A DNA stretch of 64,000 nucleotides from Alphaproteobacteria bacterium (lineage in GTDB: Bacteria; Pseudomonadota; Alphaproteobacteria; SHVZ01), in contig SHVZ01000002.1 in NCBI GenBank assembly GCA_009694025.1, positions 3,366-67,365 on the forward strand, given 5' to 3'. Shown piece by piece: positions 1-8,629 of the stretch; the stretch's first letter is position 1, and each line of letters begins with the position of its first letter. Position numbers and translations under genes: made by a program. The notes beneath the pieces were generated by a model. That model was not told the origin of the DNA. It did not search any database and saw only the letters and a list, made by a program, of their open reading frames with translations.

Positions 1-1184
1 ACGGCCATCAGGTCGAGGTGGTCGATCGCCAGGCCGAGGCGGCTTCCGAGACGAGCTTCGCCAATGCTGGGATGGTCACACCCGGCCATGCCTATCCCTG
101 GGCCAACCCGGGGGCGCCCAAGATCCTCCTGAAGTCGCTGTTCCTCCGCGACCAGGCGCTCCGCCTCAAGCTGGTGCCGGATCCGCGGATGTGGCGCTGG
201 GGCCTCAAGTTCCTCGCCAACTGCACGGCTGCCCGCGCCAAGGTCAACACCGAGCGAAAAGCCCGTCTCTGCCTCTACTCGCAACGGAAACTGCGCGAGG
301 TCGCCGCGGAGACGGGGATCGACTATCACGCGACCCGCAAGGGGGCCCTGTTCCTCTATCGGCAGCCGGAGGCGCTGGAACGGGCCGCGGGACGCATCAG
401 GATCCTGCAGGACAACGGCATGGATCTCCGCCTGCTCGATGCCGAGGCGACGATCGCGACCGAGCCGGCGTTGTCGGATGCGCGGGACAAGATCGCCGGC
501 GCGGTCTTCGCCCCCAACGACGAGAGCGGCGATTCCTGCGTCTTCACCCGTAAGCTGGCGGAGCGCCTGGCCGACCAGGGGCATCGCTTCCACTACGGCA
601 CGACAGTCCGCCGGATCCGGGCGGAGCTGGGCCGCATCGTCGGCGTCGAGACCTCGGCCGGCATGATGACGGCGGATGCCTATGTGCTGTCGCTCGCCAG
701 CGAGTCGCCGAAGCTGGTCCGCAAGTTGGGAATCGATCTCCCGGTCTATCCGGTGAAGGGATATTCGCTGACGCTGCCGATCGGCCCCGAGCACCGGCCG
801 CCGACGATCTGCGGGGTCGACGAGGGCTATCTCGTCGCCTTCTGTCGGATGGGCGACCAGCTCCGCCTGACCGCGACGGCGGAGTTCTCGGGCTTCAACA
901 CCGACCACGAGCCTCGCGACTTCGACGGCATGATCCGGCTCGCCCGCGACCTCTTCCCGAACGGCGCCGATTTCGAGCGGCCGGGCTATTGGGCCTGTTT
1001 GCGACCGATGACCCCGGAAGGAACGCCGATCGTCGGCCGCTCGCGCTACGCGAATCTCTGGATCAACACCGGCCACGGCCACATGGGATGGACCATGTCC
1101 TGCGGCACCGCCCAGGCGCTCGCCGATCTGATGGCCGGCCGCGAGCCCGAGCTCGACCTCACGGGAATGGAGGCTCCGTCATGA
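1..1184 (+). CDS. dadA: FAD-dependent D-amino-acid dehydrogenase (5' end lies outside the window)
   Basis: The frame is open to the window edge. The translation tracks DadA-type oxidoreductases along its length (ETSFANAGMVTPG..YPW, YPVKGYSLT, LRPMTPEGTPIVG, NTGHGHMGWTM). The GTG at 18 is probably internal. Confidence 0.85.
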   Translation, partial: GHQVEVVDRQAEAASETSFANAGMVTPGHAYPWANPGAPKILLKSLFLRDQALRLKLVPDPRMWRWGLKFLANCTAARAKVNTERKARLCLYSQRKLREVAAETGIDYHATRKGALFLYRQPEALERAAGRIRILQDNGMDLRLLDAEATIATEPALSDARDKIAGAVFAPNDESGDSCVFTRKLAERLADQGHRFHYGTTVRRIRAELGRIVGVETSAGMMTADAYVLSLASESPKLVRKLGIDLPVYPVKGYSLTLPIGPEHRPPTICGVDEGYLVAFCRMGDQLRLTATAEFSGFNTDHEPRDFDGMIRLARDLFPNGADFERPGYWACLRPMTPEGTPIVGRSRYANLWINTGHGHMGWTMSCGTAQALADLMAGREPELDLTGMEAPS

Positions 1185-1969
1185 ATCTCGCCGCGCCGGC
1201 CGAAGCCGGTCTCCTGGTCAACCGCCAGAACCTGCCCTTCGCGCTCGATGAGGGCATCGGCGCCCGCGCCCGCATCGGCCTGATCGTGCTGGCGACCGAC
1301 CACACGATCGAGCACGAGTGGCGCTCGCTGCTGACGATCCCGGGGGTCGCCTTCTACGAGAGCCGGATCATGAACGCGAGCGCAATCACGCCGGAGACCC
1401 TGGCCGGGATGGAGCGCGACCTGACCCAGGCGACCGCGGTGATCCGCCCGGGCGAGGCGATGGACGTGATCGCCTATGGCTGCACCTCCGGCGCCATGGT
1501 GATCGGCGAGGACAAGGTGGCCGCCCGGGTCCGCGAGGCGCGGCCGGGCATCGCCGTTACCACGCCGATCGGGGCGGCGATCGCCGGCATGAAGGCGCTC
1601 GGCTGCCGGCGCATCGCGCTCCTGACGCCCTACATCGACCGGATCAACCGGATGATGCGGGATTACATCCTCGCCCGCGACCTCGCGGTGCCGGCGATGG
1701 GTTCCTTCAACCATGAGGAGGACAACGAGGTGGCGCGCATCGACGCGGCCTCGGTCCGTAGCGCGGCGATCGAGCTCGGACGCCATCGCGATGTCGACGG
1801 TGTCTTCGTCGCCTGCACCAGCCTGCGCGTCGCCGCGCTGGTCGAGGACCTGGAGGCGGAGCTGGGCAAGCCCGTGACTTCCTCCAACCACGCCATGGCA
1901 TGGCACGCGCTCAGGCTTGCCGGCGTCGCCGAGGCCCTTCCAGATCGCGGACGATTGTTCCGGGTCTAG
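1181..1969 (+). CDS. Asp/Glu/hydantoin racemase superfamily protein (maleate isomerase / EutA-like)
   Basis: The ATG at 1181 overlaps the dadA stop (ATGA). RIGLIVLATDHTIEHEW and AYGCTSG motifs are present. The upstream part of track ORF 989..1969 is Arg/Pro-rich and overlaps dadA, so it is rejected as coding. Confidence 0.7.
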   Translation: MNLAAPAEAGLLVNRQNLPFALDEGIGARARIGLIVLATDHTIEHEWRSLLTIPGVAFYESRIMNASAITPETLAGMERDLTQATAVIRPGEAMDVIAYGCTSGAMVIGEDKVAARVREARPGIAVTTPIGAAIAGMKALGCRRIALLTPYIDRINRMMRDYILARDLAVPAMGSFNHEEDNEVARIDAASVRSAAIELGRHRDVDGVFVACTSLRVAALVEDLEAELGKPVTSSNHAMAWHALRLAGVAEALPDRGRLFRV

Positions 1970-2116
1970 GTCGTGACTGCATAGGTAAGGCTTTTGTGCC
2001 GATTCATTTGGTGACCCTCCGGGGGTTCGTGTGGAGGCGTCCTTCCTCGATACTTGTTGCATTGAGGAGCAGGTCCGCTACCGTTACTTGTGGCATGGTA
2101 CGAAGGGGAGGGGGAC

Positions 2117-2350
2117 ATGCACAGACTCGTGCTTCTCGTGCTTCTCGCGACCAGCGGTCTACCTTTCCGCGCGCATGCTCAACCGCTGTCACCCACAGTG
2201 ATGGATGTCATCGAGAAGGCTGTTCAACAGCGGCCTTCAGCGGGACGGGTCGCTGCGGACTCGAAAAGTGGCCCATCAGCAACCGTTGCGCCTCTCGGTC
2301 CGATGCGAGATCGGCATTCCATCGGAGGACGTATCGGCTCCGAGAGCTAG
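2117..2350 (+). CDS. small exported hypothetical protein (signal peptide); reading frame uncertain
   Basis: The ATG at 2117 follows a purine tract (GGGGAGGGGGA). MHRLVLLVLLATSGLPFRAHA/QP resembles a Sec signal peptide. A second ORF in another frame overlaps it (2205..2579). Confidence 0.35.
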   Translation: MHRLVLLVLLATSGLPFRAHAQPLSPTVMDVIEKAVQQRPSAGRVAADSKSGPSATVAPLGPMRDRHSIGGRIGSES

Positions 2351-2579
2351 TCTCGGCTGGAACTACTACCGCGCGAGCACCTGTTTCGGCCTTGTTACAA
2401 GCGACGGGACAGTTGTCTACATCATGAACTTCACTGATGGAACAGGCATCGCCTCAACTGACCAAGGAGCGGCGGCGTACTTCGCCTCCGCTTGCTCAGT
2501 TGCTGCGTCTGTCGCCATCCACATCGTGTCGATCAGCGGCAGCTCGTTCACGTGGGACGCGGGTGGGTTTGCGCGCTAG
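2205..2579 (+). CDS. hypothetical ORF; the 3' two-thirds look coding, and it may be the frameshifted continuation of 2117..2350
   Basis: Third codon positions after about 2350 are strongly C/G-biased (WNYYRASTCFGLVTSDGTVVYIMNFTDGTG...). There is no signal peptide and no convincing start or RBS of its own. Confidence 0.3.
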   Translation: MSSRRLFNSGLQRDGSLRTRKVAHQQPLRLSVRCEIGIPSEDVSAPRASLGWNYYRASTCFGLVTSDGTVVYIMNFTDGTGIASTDQGAAAYFASACSVAASVAIHIVSISGSSFTWDAGGFAR

Positions 2580-2596
2580 CGAGCGCTGCGCGCCGA

Positions 2597-3115
2597 ATGA
2601 TGAAAGACGGGGGGACTCTCATGCATGCTGCTCTTCGGGTATCGACCCACGCTCTTTTCCTGGTTGCCCTTCTGGCCGCGTGCGCGAGGACAGCAGTCAT
2701 GCCCATGACAAACGATACGATTCAAGTATCGACACGCGTCGCGCCCATTTGTGCAGCAAGCTCCGCTCAGCCAATCGTGCTCCGGCGCGCCGCTGTTGAA
2801 ACCATCAACCGCGGCTACGACCGATTCATGATCTTAGCCTCCAATATGCAGGCAGAATTTGCGGGGTTTTTGCCGGGCTCGGCTACAACCACGGGAAGCG
2901 GCTCAATCGTCGCAAGCGGAAACATGGCTACCCTTCAAGGTTCATCGTACACGACTTATTCGCCGCCCACGCCGATGACTGCGCACACACAGACCGTTGT
3001 TGTGAAGATGTTCAAAGATGGCGATCCGGCAGGCAGTAATGCAATTTCGGCACGCGCCAGCCTTGGGCCGGACTGGCAAAAGATTCTCAAGGAATCCAGC
3101 ACGACTACTTGCTAG
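2597..3115 (+). CDS. lipoprotein of unknown function
   Basis: MMKDGGTLMHAALRVSTHALFLVALLAAC has a lipobox (L-A-A-C). It sits 18 bp after the previous ORF on the same strand, in a region of lower GC. I recognise no family. Confidence 0.6.
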   Translation: MMKDGGTLMHAALRVSTHALFLVALLAACARTAVMPMTNDTIQVSTRVAPICAASSAQPIVLRRAAVETINRGYDRFMILASNMQAEFAGFLPGSATTTGSGSIVASGNMATLQGSSYTTYSPPTPMTAHTQTVVVKMFKDGDPAGSNAISARASLGPDWQKILKESSTTTC

Positions 3116-3144
3116 TGCGCGTCAGGGATGAGCGGAGGCTAGAA

Positions 3145-4869
3145 ATGAGGAGAGCGAGGGCCACGCACTCGGTGTGCATTGCGCTCCTGCTGTGTTGTCC
3201 GTTGGCTGCGCGGGCAGAACCGTTGGAGAGGCGCGCGATAGATGTTTCGCCAGAAGCCTCTCGCGCTTTTGACCTTTCGGTTGGGACGGCAACCCCTCTT
3301 CCCGCGCCCATAGAAATCAGTTATCGCCCCATCGGGCGCGTGCCATTTCAGTCTCTCGTCCAGATCCAAGACATCAAGGCGCTTTTCGTCGGTGAGACGC
3401 TGACGGAAAGCGATGGAGATGCTCTGCGCCGCCTATTCCGCATTGAGTACATGGAATTCGAACGCAATGGCTTCTCAGCTAGGCTGCCTATTGGTGCCAG
3501 CTATCAAATGCGTATTCGTCGCAATGGCGAATACCTTGAAATCGGCGCCTTGTCGGTCACGGTGCCAGACCGACCACTTGATTCTCGATTTTCAGTCGAC
3601 GACTGGCGAGTACTGCGTGAGCAGTTGGTGCCAGTACTGACTAGTGCGCTTGAACGAAGCCGCATAGAGGATTGCCTCTATCAACCAAGATATCCGGGTG
3701 GGAAAATCACGAACGATACGCCCGTCGGGCTCACAAACCTTCGCGAGACGATGCGGCGAATGGCCGAATGTTCGATTGCGCTGGGATCAGGGAAGAGTTG
3801 GGCAGAAAGCGAGGACTACAAGCGAGGACCGGAACAGTTCCTTGATCGAATGGAGCAAACTCTTGCCAGTTCCAACCTGAGTCTCTTTGCCGACATCAGA
3901 TTCCGCGGGACGGTGCAACTAAGTGGCTCGGAATTTCTGGTGATGGGGGGACCAGTCCGAATGGGCGGCAAAGGCGAGCAAAGTGCGTCCATTCTTGGCG
4001 TGCCAGTGCCAGCAGGGATCAAGGTCGAATCGATTGATATGCAGATGGAGGCCCAGAGCCTAATCGATCCCTACTCGGGCGCAATCTATAAGACGAGCTG
4101 GGGCGGGGTGACGACAGTTTATCCAGCGTCAGGCTCCCAATCGTCTGCCTTCATCACGATCAAACAGCGCGGCGATTTCTTTGCCAATATCCCGCGATTC
4201 TATGCGGATGTGCCAACGCCGCCACCAGCGGCTCGGCCGCCCGGCTCCGGGGCAGGCTCAATCGCACCAGCGCCGGCCCCTCGTGCACAGCAAGAATCGA
4301 AGACGCTTGTTAGCCTGTATCGTGACGCAGTCGGGTCGGTCTTCACCGTTAAGACGGACACCAGCCTTGGCACTGCTTTTGCGGCGGGTGCAAATTTGCT
4401 AATCACCGCGCGGCATGTCGTGAAAGACGCGAAGGCAGTCGAGCTCGAGAACACCAAAGGACAGCGCTTCAAGGCTCGCGTTTTGTTGCCTGCAGCCGAC
4501 GTCGACATTGCGTACCTGGTGCCAACTACACCTCAGCGCCTCAATCCGCTGCCGATGGCGGCCGACGTCCCGCCGATCGGGACCAAGCTTGTCGTCATCG
4601 GCTCACCTGTAGGCTTGGACGGGACCCTGACGACTGGGACCGTCAGCCAACTAAGGCCGTTCAAAGGCCGTCTCTTCCTTCAGTTCGAAGGCTTCGTGAC
4701 CAAGGGTAACAGTGGCGGCCCGATCATGGACCTCGAAGGAAAGGTCCTAGGCATCGTCATGGCGCAGCTTCCACCGGAGGTGGGGATCGGATTGAACTTC
4801 GGCGTCTCGACCGTCGACGTGATCGGCGAAGCGCCCCGTGAGGCGAAGGCACTGATCGCGAGAAACTAG
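3145..4869 (+). CDS. secreted trypsin-like (S1) serine protease with a large unassigned N-terminal domain
   Basis: A GGAGG lies 6 nt upstream of the ATG at 3145. The signal peptide is MRRARATHSVCIALLLCCPLAARA/EP. The C-terminal ~180 aa carry an ordered triad context: LITARHVV (His), DVDIAYL (Asp), KGNSGGPI (Ser). A Pro/Ala-rich linker (PTPPPAARPPGSGAGSIAPAPAP) precedes the protease domain. Confidence 0.8.
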   Translation: MRRARATHSVCIALLLCCPLAARAEPLERRAIDVSPEASRAFDLSVGTATPLPAPIEISYRPIGRVPFQSLVQIQDIKALFVGETLTESDGDALRRLFRIEYMEFERNGFSARLPIGASYQMRIRRNGEYLEIGALSVTVPDRPLDSRFSVDDWRVLREQLVPVLTSALERSRIEDCLYQPRYPGGKITNDTPVGLTNLRETMRRMAECSIALGSGKSWAESEDYKRGPEQFLDRMEQTLASSNLSLFADIRFRGTVQLSGSEFLVMGGPVRMGGKGEQSASILGVPVPAGIKVESIDMQMEAQSLIDPYSGAIYKTSWGGVTTVYPASGSQSSAFITIKQRGDFFANIPRFYADVPTPPPAARPPGSGAGSIAPAPAPRAQQESKTLVSLYRDAVGSVFTVKTDTSLGTAFAAGANLLITARHVVKDAKAVELENTKGQRFKARVLLPAADVDIAYLVPTTPQRLNPLPMAADVPPIGTKLVVIGSPVGLDGTLTTGTVSQLRPFKGRLFLQFEGFVTKGNSGGPIMDLEGKVLGIVMAQLPPEVGIGLNFGVSTVDVIGEAPREAKALIARN

Positions 4870-4972
4870 CGAGGTGGGCTAAGGACGTTCATCCGCCTCC
4901 GCCTACACGTTGGAGCGTCGCAACTTCTGCCTCTCCAAGGTCCCGGATCAACAGCCTTCGTAGCAACGATAT

Positions 4973-5404
4973 CTAGACTCTCGTCGTCAGCGCCTCTTCC
5001 TGGGCGAGTTCGGCCCGCATCTCCGCGAGCTCGCCGGAAAGGAAGTCGCGGAGCGAGACGATGCCGACCGCGCGGCCGTTCTCGACCACCGGCAGGTGGC
5101 GAAAGCCACCCTCGTGCATCACCTTGAGGGCGTCGAGCGCCCGCTGATCGGGCGCAACGGTCGCCGGATTCGCCGTCATCACTTGGCGGATCCGGGTCGT
5201 GTCGGGATCGAGACCGGCGGCGACGACCCGGGTCATCACGTCGCGCTCGGTGAAGATGCCGACCAGGGTGCCGGCCTCGGTCACCAGCGTGGCACCGATG
5301 CGGCGGTCGGCCATGCGCCGTGCCGCCTCGCGGACCGACGCCTCCGGCGGCAGCGCCAGGATGTCTTGGTCGCGGACCACGTCCGGAATCAGTCGTCTGA
5401 ACAT
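4973..5404 (-). CDS. CBS domain pair protein
   Basis: 143 aa with two CBS-like repeats (VGIFTERDV.., GIVSLRDFL..). The composition is clean and there is no competing frame. Confidence 0.85.
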   Translation of the reverse strand: MFRRLIPDVVRDQDILALPPEASVREAARRMADRRIGATLVTEAGTLVGIFTERDVMTRVVAAGLDPDTTRIRQVMTANPATVAPDQRALDALKVMHEGGFRHLPVVENGRAVGIVSLRDFLSGELAEMRAELAQEEALTTRV

Positions 5405-5493
5405 CGCAGGCTCCCCTCGTGCCCCGCATTATAGCCGGAGACCCGTGCGAATCGGGTTCCGTCCTGGCGAAAGCCTTGGCATTGTAGGCGGCA

Positions 5494-6858
5494 ATGACCG
5501 CCCCCGATGCGAGCCAGAAGACCCGCCGCGGCGTGCGATCCGTCGCCATTCGATGCGTCGTCGCGGCGTTGGCCCTGGTGGCGGTTGCCGGCGGAGGGCT
5601 GGTGGCCCAGCGCCGGGCGGTCGAGGCGGTGGGCGAGCCGGCGGTCGTCGTCGGGCTCGCGGGGTGGCTCGGCACGCTCGCGGCCAAGGGCGGCCTCGCC
5701 GCCCGGGACCTCGCCCAGTCCCCCGACGAGGGCCAGCGCGGCGAAGCCCGCATCCGGCTGGCGGTGATCCTGGACGAGATAGCGCAGCAGCGTCAGCGCC
5801 TGGGGCGCCGGACCGCGCTCCCGGCCGAAGTCCAGGGGGCCATCGACAACTTTCTCGCTGCCGGCCGATCTCTCGTCGACACCGAGGCCGCAGACCTCGC
5901 CGAGCGCCCCACCTATCGGACGGTCATGGATCTCGGGCCCGAGCGCTTGCCGGTGCTGCTCGACCGTCTGGCCGCGCGCGGCGAGGCCGAAGGACGGACG
6001 CGGCTCGAGCTTCTGTCGCAGATCCAGCTCGCCACGGCCGGAGCCATCCTGATCGTACTGGCGCTGGCGGTGGTCGCCATCGCGCCGGCAATCCGCGGGG
6101 CGGCGGGCGAGGTCCGGGCGCTGCAGGGCGAGGCCGCTCGCCTCACGGTCGGCTCGGCCGCGGCCGATGCCAGCCGGCGTGGCCTCTCCCAGTACCTCTT
6201 GCGGCTCGAGCAGACCCTCGCCGCGGCGGTCAAGACCGTGGTCGGGCTTTCCGACGTTCTGGCGCTCGGCGCCGCCGGTCCGCTCAACGACAAGCAGCGC
6301 GAATACGCACAGCGCATCCGCGGCGACGGCCAGCGCCTGGCCCAGCTCCTCGAGGACGTGCACGACCTGGCGCTGATCGACGCCGGCCAGCTCAAGCTCG
6401 ACGAGAAGCCGATCGATCTCGGCCCTTTCATCGCCCAGATCCTCGACCAGATGCGGGTGCAGGCCGACCGCAGCCGCATCGCGCTCATGCATAGCCTGCC
6501 GGTGGACATGCCCAGGCTCTCGGCCGATCCAAGCCGGCTCCGCCAGATGATGCGCAGGCTGATCGACATCGCTCTCCGCGCCGGAGAGAGCGGCGGCCAG
6601 GTCCATGTCCGGGTCGCCCACGAGCCGGCGGGAGGCTTGGCCCTTTCGGTGGAGACGGCGGGCCAGGGCTTCGGCCACCCCGATGCCGAGATCGCGCTTG
6701 CCCGAACCGACGGGCCGGGCGGCACTTCGGCGCTGACGCTGCCGCTGGTCAAGGCGCTCGCCGAGCATCATGGCGGACGCATGACCGTCGGCCCGGCCCC
6801 TGGCCGCGGCTCGATCGCGATCCTGAATTTCCCGCCGACCCGGACCATCGTCGCCTAG
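5494..6858 (+). CDS. membrane histidine-kinase-like protein with degenerate H-box, N-box and G-boxes
   Basis: The DHp region aligns to the HisKA pattern (..GPLNDKQREYAQRI..GQRLAQLLEDVHDLALIDAGQLKL). The acceptor-His position reads Q (LEQTLAAAVKTVVGLSDVL). The ATPase region lacks the N-box Asn (RRLIDIALRAGESGG), and G2 reads GGTSALTLPL. Confidence 0.7.
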   Translation: MTAPDASQKTRRGVRSVAIRCVVAALALVAVAGGGLVAQRRAVEAVGEPAVVVGLAGWLGTLAAKGGLAARDLAQSPDEGQRGEARIRLAVILDEIAQQRQRLGRRTALPAEVQGAIDNFLAAGRSLVDTEAADLAERPTYRTVMDLGPERLPVLLDRLAARGEAEGRTRLELLSQIQLATAGAILIVLALAVVAIAPAIRGAAGEVRALQGEAARLTVGSAAADASRRGLSQYLLRLEQTLAAAVKTVVGLSDVLALGAAGPLNDKQREYAQRIRGDGQRLAQLLEDVHDLALIDAGQLKLDEKPIDLGPFIAQILDQMRVQADRSRIALMHSLPVDMPRLSADPSRLRQMMRRLIDIALRAGESGGQVHVRVAHEPAGGLALSVETAGQGFGHPDAEIALARTDGPGGTSALTLPLVKALAEHHGGRMTVGPAPGRGSIAILNFPPTRTIVA

Positions 6859-8030
6859 ACCGGCGAGAGGATCGACTCGGCCGGCGCGAAAACCTCGCAG
6901 GCGCCGGTGATCCCCTTGAAGGTGTGCTTGCCCAACGGCCGCATGCGGCTCTCCGCAGCGCCGGCGGCCTCCTCGGACAGCACGATCGGCTCGCCGAGCG
7001 GCCGGCAGAGCTGGGCCAGACGGTTCGCCAGATTGACCGTCGGACCGATGACGGTGAAGTCCAGGCGCTCAGGCGCGCCGATGTTCCCGTACATCACCTG
7101 CCCTAGGTGAAGGGCGATACCGCAGCGGATTTCCGGGTCGTTCGCGCCTGAGCGCTCGCCGTTGAGGGTGTCGAGGCGGGCAACCAGCGCATGGGCGGCC
7201 GCGAGCGCGCGTGTCGCCGCATCGCAGTCGTCCTTGTCGCAGCGGAAGATGGCGAGGACGGCGTCCCCCATGAACTTCAGCACGTCGCCGCCTGCCTCGG
7301 TGACGGACTCGACCGCGGCCGAGAAGTAGGCGTTGAGGAGCCCCAGCATCTCGTCGCGCGCCAGGGTCTCCGACAGCGACGTGAAGCCGCGAAGGTCGCA
7401 CCACCATACCAGCGCCCGCACGGTATGACCGACGCCTTGGACGACCTCTCCGGCGAGGATCCGTCGCGCCGGCTCCTCGCCGACATAGGTGTTGAGCAGC
7501 CCCTCGATCGAGCGGCGGCCGGAATAGACCTGACCGACCAGCGCCAGGGCGGGCGTGATCGCGTGCAGGAGACGAAGGTGATGAGGCTCGAATCCGCCTG
7601 GGTGGTCGGTGCCGTAGGTGGCGATGCCGCCCTGGAGCCCCGGGCCCATGTCGAGCGGAGCGACGTAGTAGTCGGAGAGACCCTTGTCGCGCAGCTCCTC
7701 CAGCACGGGAAAATCGAATTCGGCCTCCGGGCCGACGAGCCGCCGGCGCAGCGGCTCGCGCGTGCGCATCACCTGCGCGATCGGGCTGTGCGAGAAAACG
7801 CGCGACGTCATCAGGTCGCGCCGACGCGCGATCTCGGTCGCGGCCTCGCCGCGCATCCATTCGCAGGTGGCGGCGCGGAACACCGGATGAAGCTGGCTCA
7901 AGGTCAGGGTCATCCGGAACAGCGGGATGCCGGCGTCGATCAGGCGCTGGGCCGTGCTTTCGAGGAAGGCGCTCGGCGACTCGAAGCTGCAACCCTGGTT
8001 CAACAGCCAATTGGTGACCGACGCGTGCAT
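6855..8030 (-). CDS. class III adenylate/guanylate cyclase with a ~190-aa N-terminal sensory-type domain
   Basis: The start is set at MHASVTNW (ATG 8030), in frame with track ORF 6855..8729, whose upstream part is Arg/Pro-rich. The CHD motifs are VWWCDLRGFTSLSE, KFMGDAVLAIF, GIALHLGQVMYGNIG and TVIGPTVNLANRL. Confidence 0.85.
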   Translation of the reverse strand: MHASVTNWLLNQGCSFESPSAFLESTAQRLIDAGIPLFRMTLTLSQLHPVFRAATCEWMRGEAATEIARRRDLMTSRVFSHSPIAQVMRTREPLRRRLVGPEAEFDFPVLEELRDKGLSDYYVAPLDMGPGLQGGIATYGTDHPGGFEPHHLRLLHAITPALALVGQVYSGRRSIEGLLNTYVGEEPARRILAGEVVQGVGHTVRALVWWCDLRGFTSLSETLARDEMLGLLNAYFSAAVESVTEAGGDVLKFMGDAVLAIFRCDKDDCDAATRALAAAHALVARLDTLNGERSGANDPEIRCGIALHLGQVMYGNIGAPERLDFTVIGPTVNLANRLAQLCRPLGEPIVLSEEAAGAAESRMRPLGKHTFKGITGACEVFAPAESILSPV

Positions 8031-8050
8031 CGGCGGGGGGCTTGTGTCGG

Positions 8051-8548
8051 TCACGTGCCGGGCTTCGCCTGCGGCGCCGGGCGGCGGGGCGCCGGGCGGA
8101 TGATGACGTCGACCGGCTGGCCCCAGATGCCGAGGCGGCGCGACTCGGCCAGGCGCTCCCACTGTACGTACTCGACCGGCGCGCCGGGCCCGGCCATCGC
8201 CCAGCCGTTGAGGACCATCCAGCCTCCGAGATCCTCGCCCAGGACCGAGCAGCGCCCGAGCATGGCGCCGCTGTCGTCGCGTCCGAGATCCTGGCAGCGC
8301 ACGAACTCGGCGCCGACCTTGCGGCTGAGCTGGAGGACGGCCCGGGGGCCGCAGGTGGTCGGCATGTCGAGCCCGCCGCAGATCCGGTCGGTCGGCGGGA
8401 TCGAAACGCCCTGGAGGCGGACGAGCCTGCCGCCGATCGAGAGGCTGCCGTCGTCCAGGACCCTGGCCCAGCTCGAGACGTCGGCGCGCGCCGCCGCCGC
8501 CGCCAGGGCGAGCGCGACGACGATGAGGATGATCTTCGGTCGATTCAT
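8051..8548 (-). CDS. secreted staphylococcal-nuclease-like (thermonuclease family) protein, catalytic motif degenerate
   Basis: The start is at MNRPKIILIVVALALAAAAARA (signal peptide). The SNase-like layout is DDGSLSIGGRLVRLQGVSIPP .. DDSGAMLGRCSVLGEDLGGWMVLNGWAMA .. RRLGIWG. The usual GIDAPE reads GVSIPP. Confidence 0.6.
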   Translation of the reverse strand: MNRPKIILIVVALALAAAAARADVSSWARVLDDGSLSIGGRLVRLQGVSIPPTDRICGGLDMPTTCGPRAVLQLSRKVGAEFVRCQDLGRDDSGAMLGRCSVLGEDLGGWMVLNGWAMAGPGAPVEYVQWERLAESRRLGIWGQPVDVIIRPAPRRPAPQAKPGT

Positions 8549-8629
8549 GGAGCGACCCGCCGGGGGAACTTTGTCGAAGCAGAGCATATAGAAACGGCAA
8601 AATCGTGGCGAAAGTCCCGACGATCACGC

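Noticed and set aside
5199-6771. Long ORFs 5199..6494 (+, 431 aa) and 5389..6771 (-, 460 aa) overlapping the kinase-like gene.
   Set aside because: Their translations are Arg/Pro/Gly/Ala-rich low-complexity strings typical of wrong-frame or antisense reading in high-GC DNA. The 5494..6858 frame carries recognisable HisKA/HATPase-like structure.
6855-8548. Cyclase next to a nuclease-fold gene considered as a Pycsar/CBASS-like cyclic-nucleotide defence pair. The same idea was considered for the cyclase at 26452..28158.
   Set aside because: No effector with a cyclic-nucleotide-binding, TIR, patatin or pore domain is adjacent. The SNase-like protein is exported and has a degenerate active site. 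The cyclases carry sensory domains typical of housekeeping signalling enzymes.
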